A DNA stretch of 64,000 bases from NCBI GenBank assembly GCA_964016885.1, contig OZ024744.1, forward strand, positions 95,914,001 through 95,978,000, written 5' to 3'. Below, in pieces: positions 63,451 through 64,000 of this stretch. Made by a program: the position numbers and the translations under genes. Each line of letters begins with the position of its first letter. Positions within the stretch are counted from its first letter, which is position 1. This DNA comes from Eledone cirrhosa. Its lineage: Eukaryota. The notes under the pieces were generated by a model, which was not told the origin of the DNA, searched no databases, and worked only from the letters and a program-made list of their open reading frames with translations.

Positions 63451-64000
63451 CTAATCCACCCATTTTTCTGCTAACATGATTCCTTCCCCACCCAGCCCAT
63501 TGTCATTTCCCACCCAGAAAAGCTTATAGCATCGTTTTTTACCCACAATGAATCTAGCAGACCCGCCCCTCCACCTGGTATCTTGGATACAGCAAACATC
63601 AACCTCCTTACGTTCAAGCACTTCTACAACCTCATTAGTGCGGCCTTTTAAGGTGCTTACATTCATGGTACCAACTCTGAAGTTTTGGATTGCGTTTGGT
63701 GGGTGGGGCGCAGGGAGAGGTGAGGGGGATGGGGTTGGGGTTATGTTGGCCATCCGCAGCTGAAACAAAGAGGAGGAGTCCTTGCCCTTTCGTCCGGCAG
63801 CATGAGGTGAATTTGTCGTTATCTTTGGCATTGTCTTCGAGTGTCCAGATTCTTCAGACTCTCCAGAAATTCCTTAGTCCATCCATCATATCGAAAAGCA
63901 ACCAGGAGAAGTGATAGCATAGGCCGTTGACTTATGATTGGTCCAAATAATAATGGTGGAGAGTGGGGGCGGGCGGGAGGGGTATGGAGTAGTTAGCGAG
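63451..64000 (-). mobile_element. RTE LINE 5' region: 5' UTR and the start of the AP endonuclease, truncated at its 3' side
   Basis: FRVGTMNVSTLKGR..EVVEVLERKEVDVCCIQDTRWRG..YKLFWVG..G.GIML are the APE N-terminal motifs. Confidence 0.9.

Overview
Eukaryotic, very repeat-rich genomic DNA. The SINE families and TTAA-flanked MITEs look like an octopod cephalopod, which is an inference. The only host gene I can support is three spliced + strand exons of a Hedgehog acyltransferase (HHAT/rasp, MBOAT family) at 5661-5855, 14774-15037 and 15988-16310. I could not find the next exons in the remaining ~47 kb. The rest is probably intronic transposon and satellite material: many RTE-clade LINE copies (the dominant family has a PHD-type C4HC3 finger inserted inside the RT), a near-complete Penelope-like element (RT + GIY-YIG), a decayed second PLE, CR1, CRE and gag relics, at least three tRNA-derived SINE families, several MITEs and kb-scale minisatellites. 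Highlights: (1) an ORF-less ~660-nt unit carrying an apparently intact type I hammerhead ribozyme, present as sense and inverted copies (9473-10743), plus three more degenerate hammerheads from other families; (2) five satellites derived from the same ~48-50 bp segment of a shared LINE/SINE 3' tail; (3) a twin-priming-type 5' inversion in an RTE. All calls were made by eye; TE and repeat boundaries are approximate.
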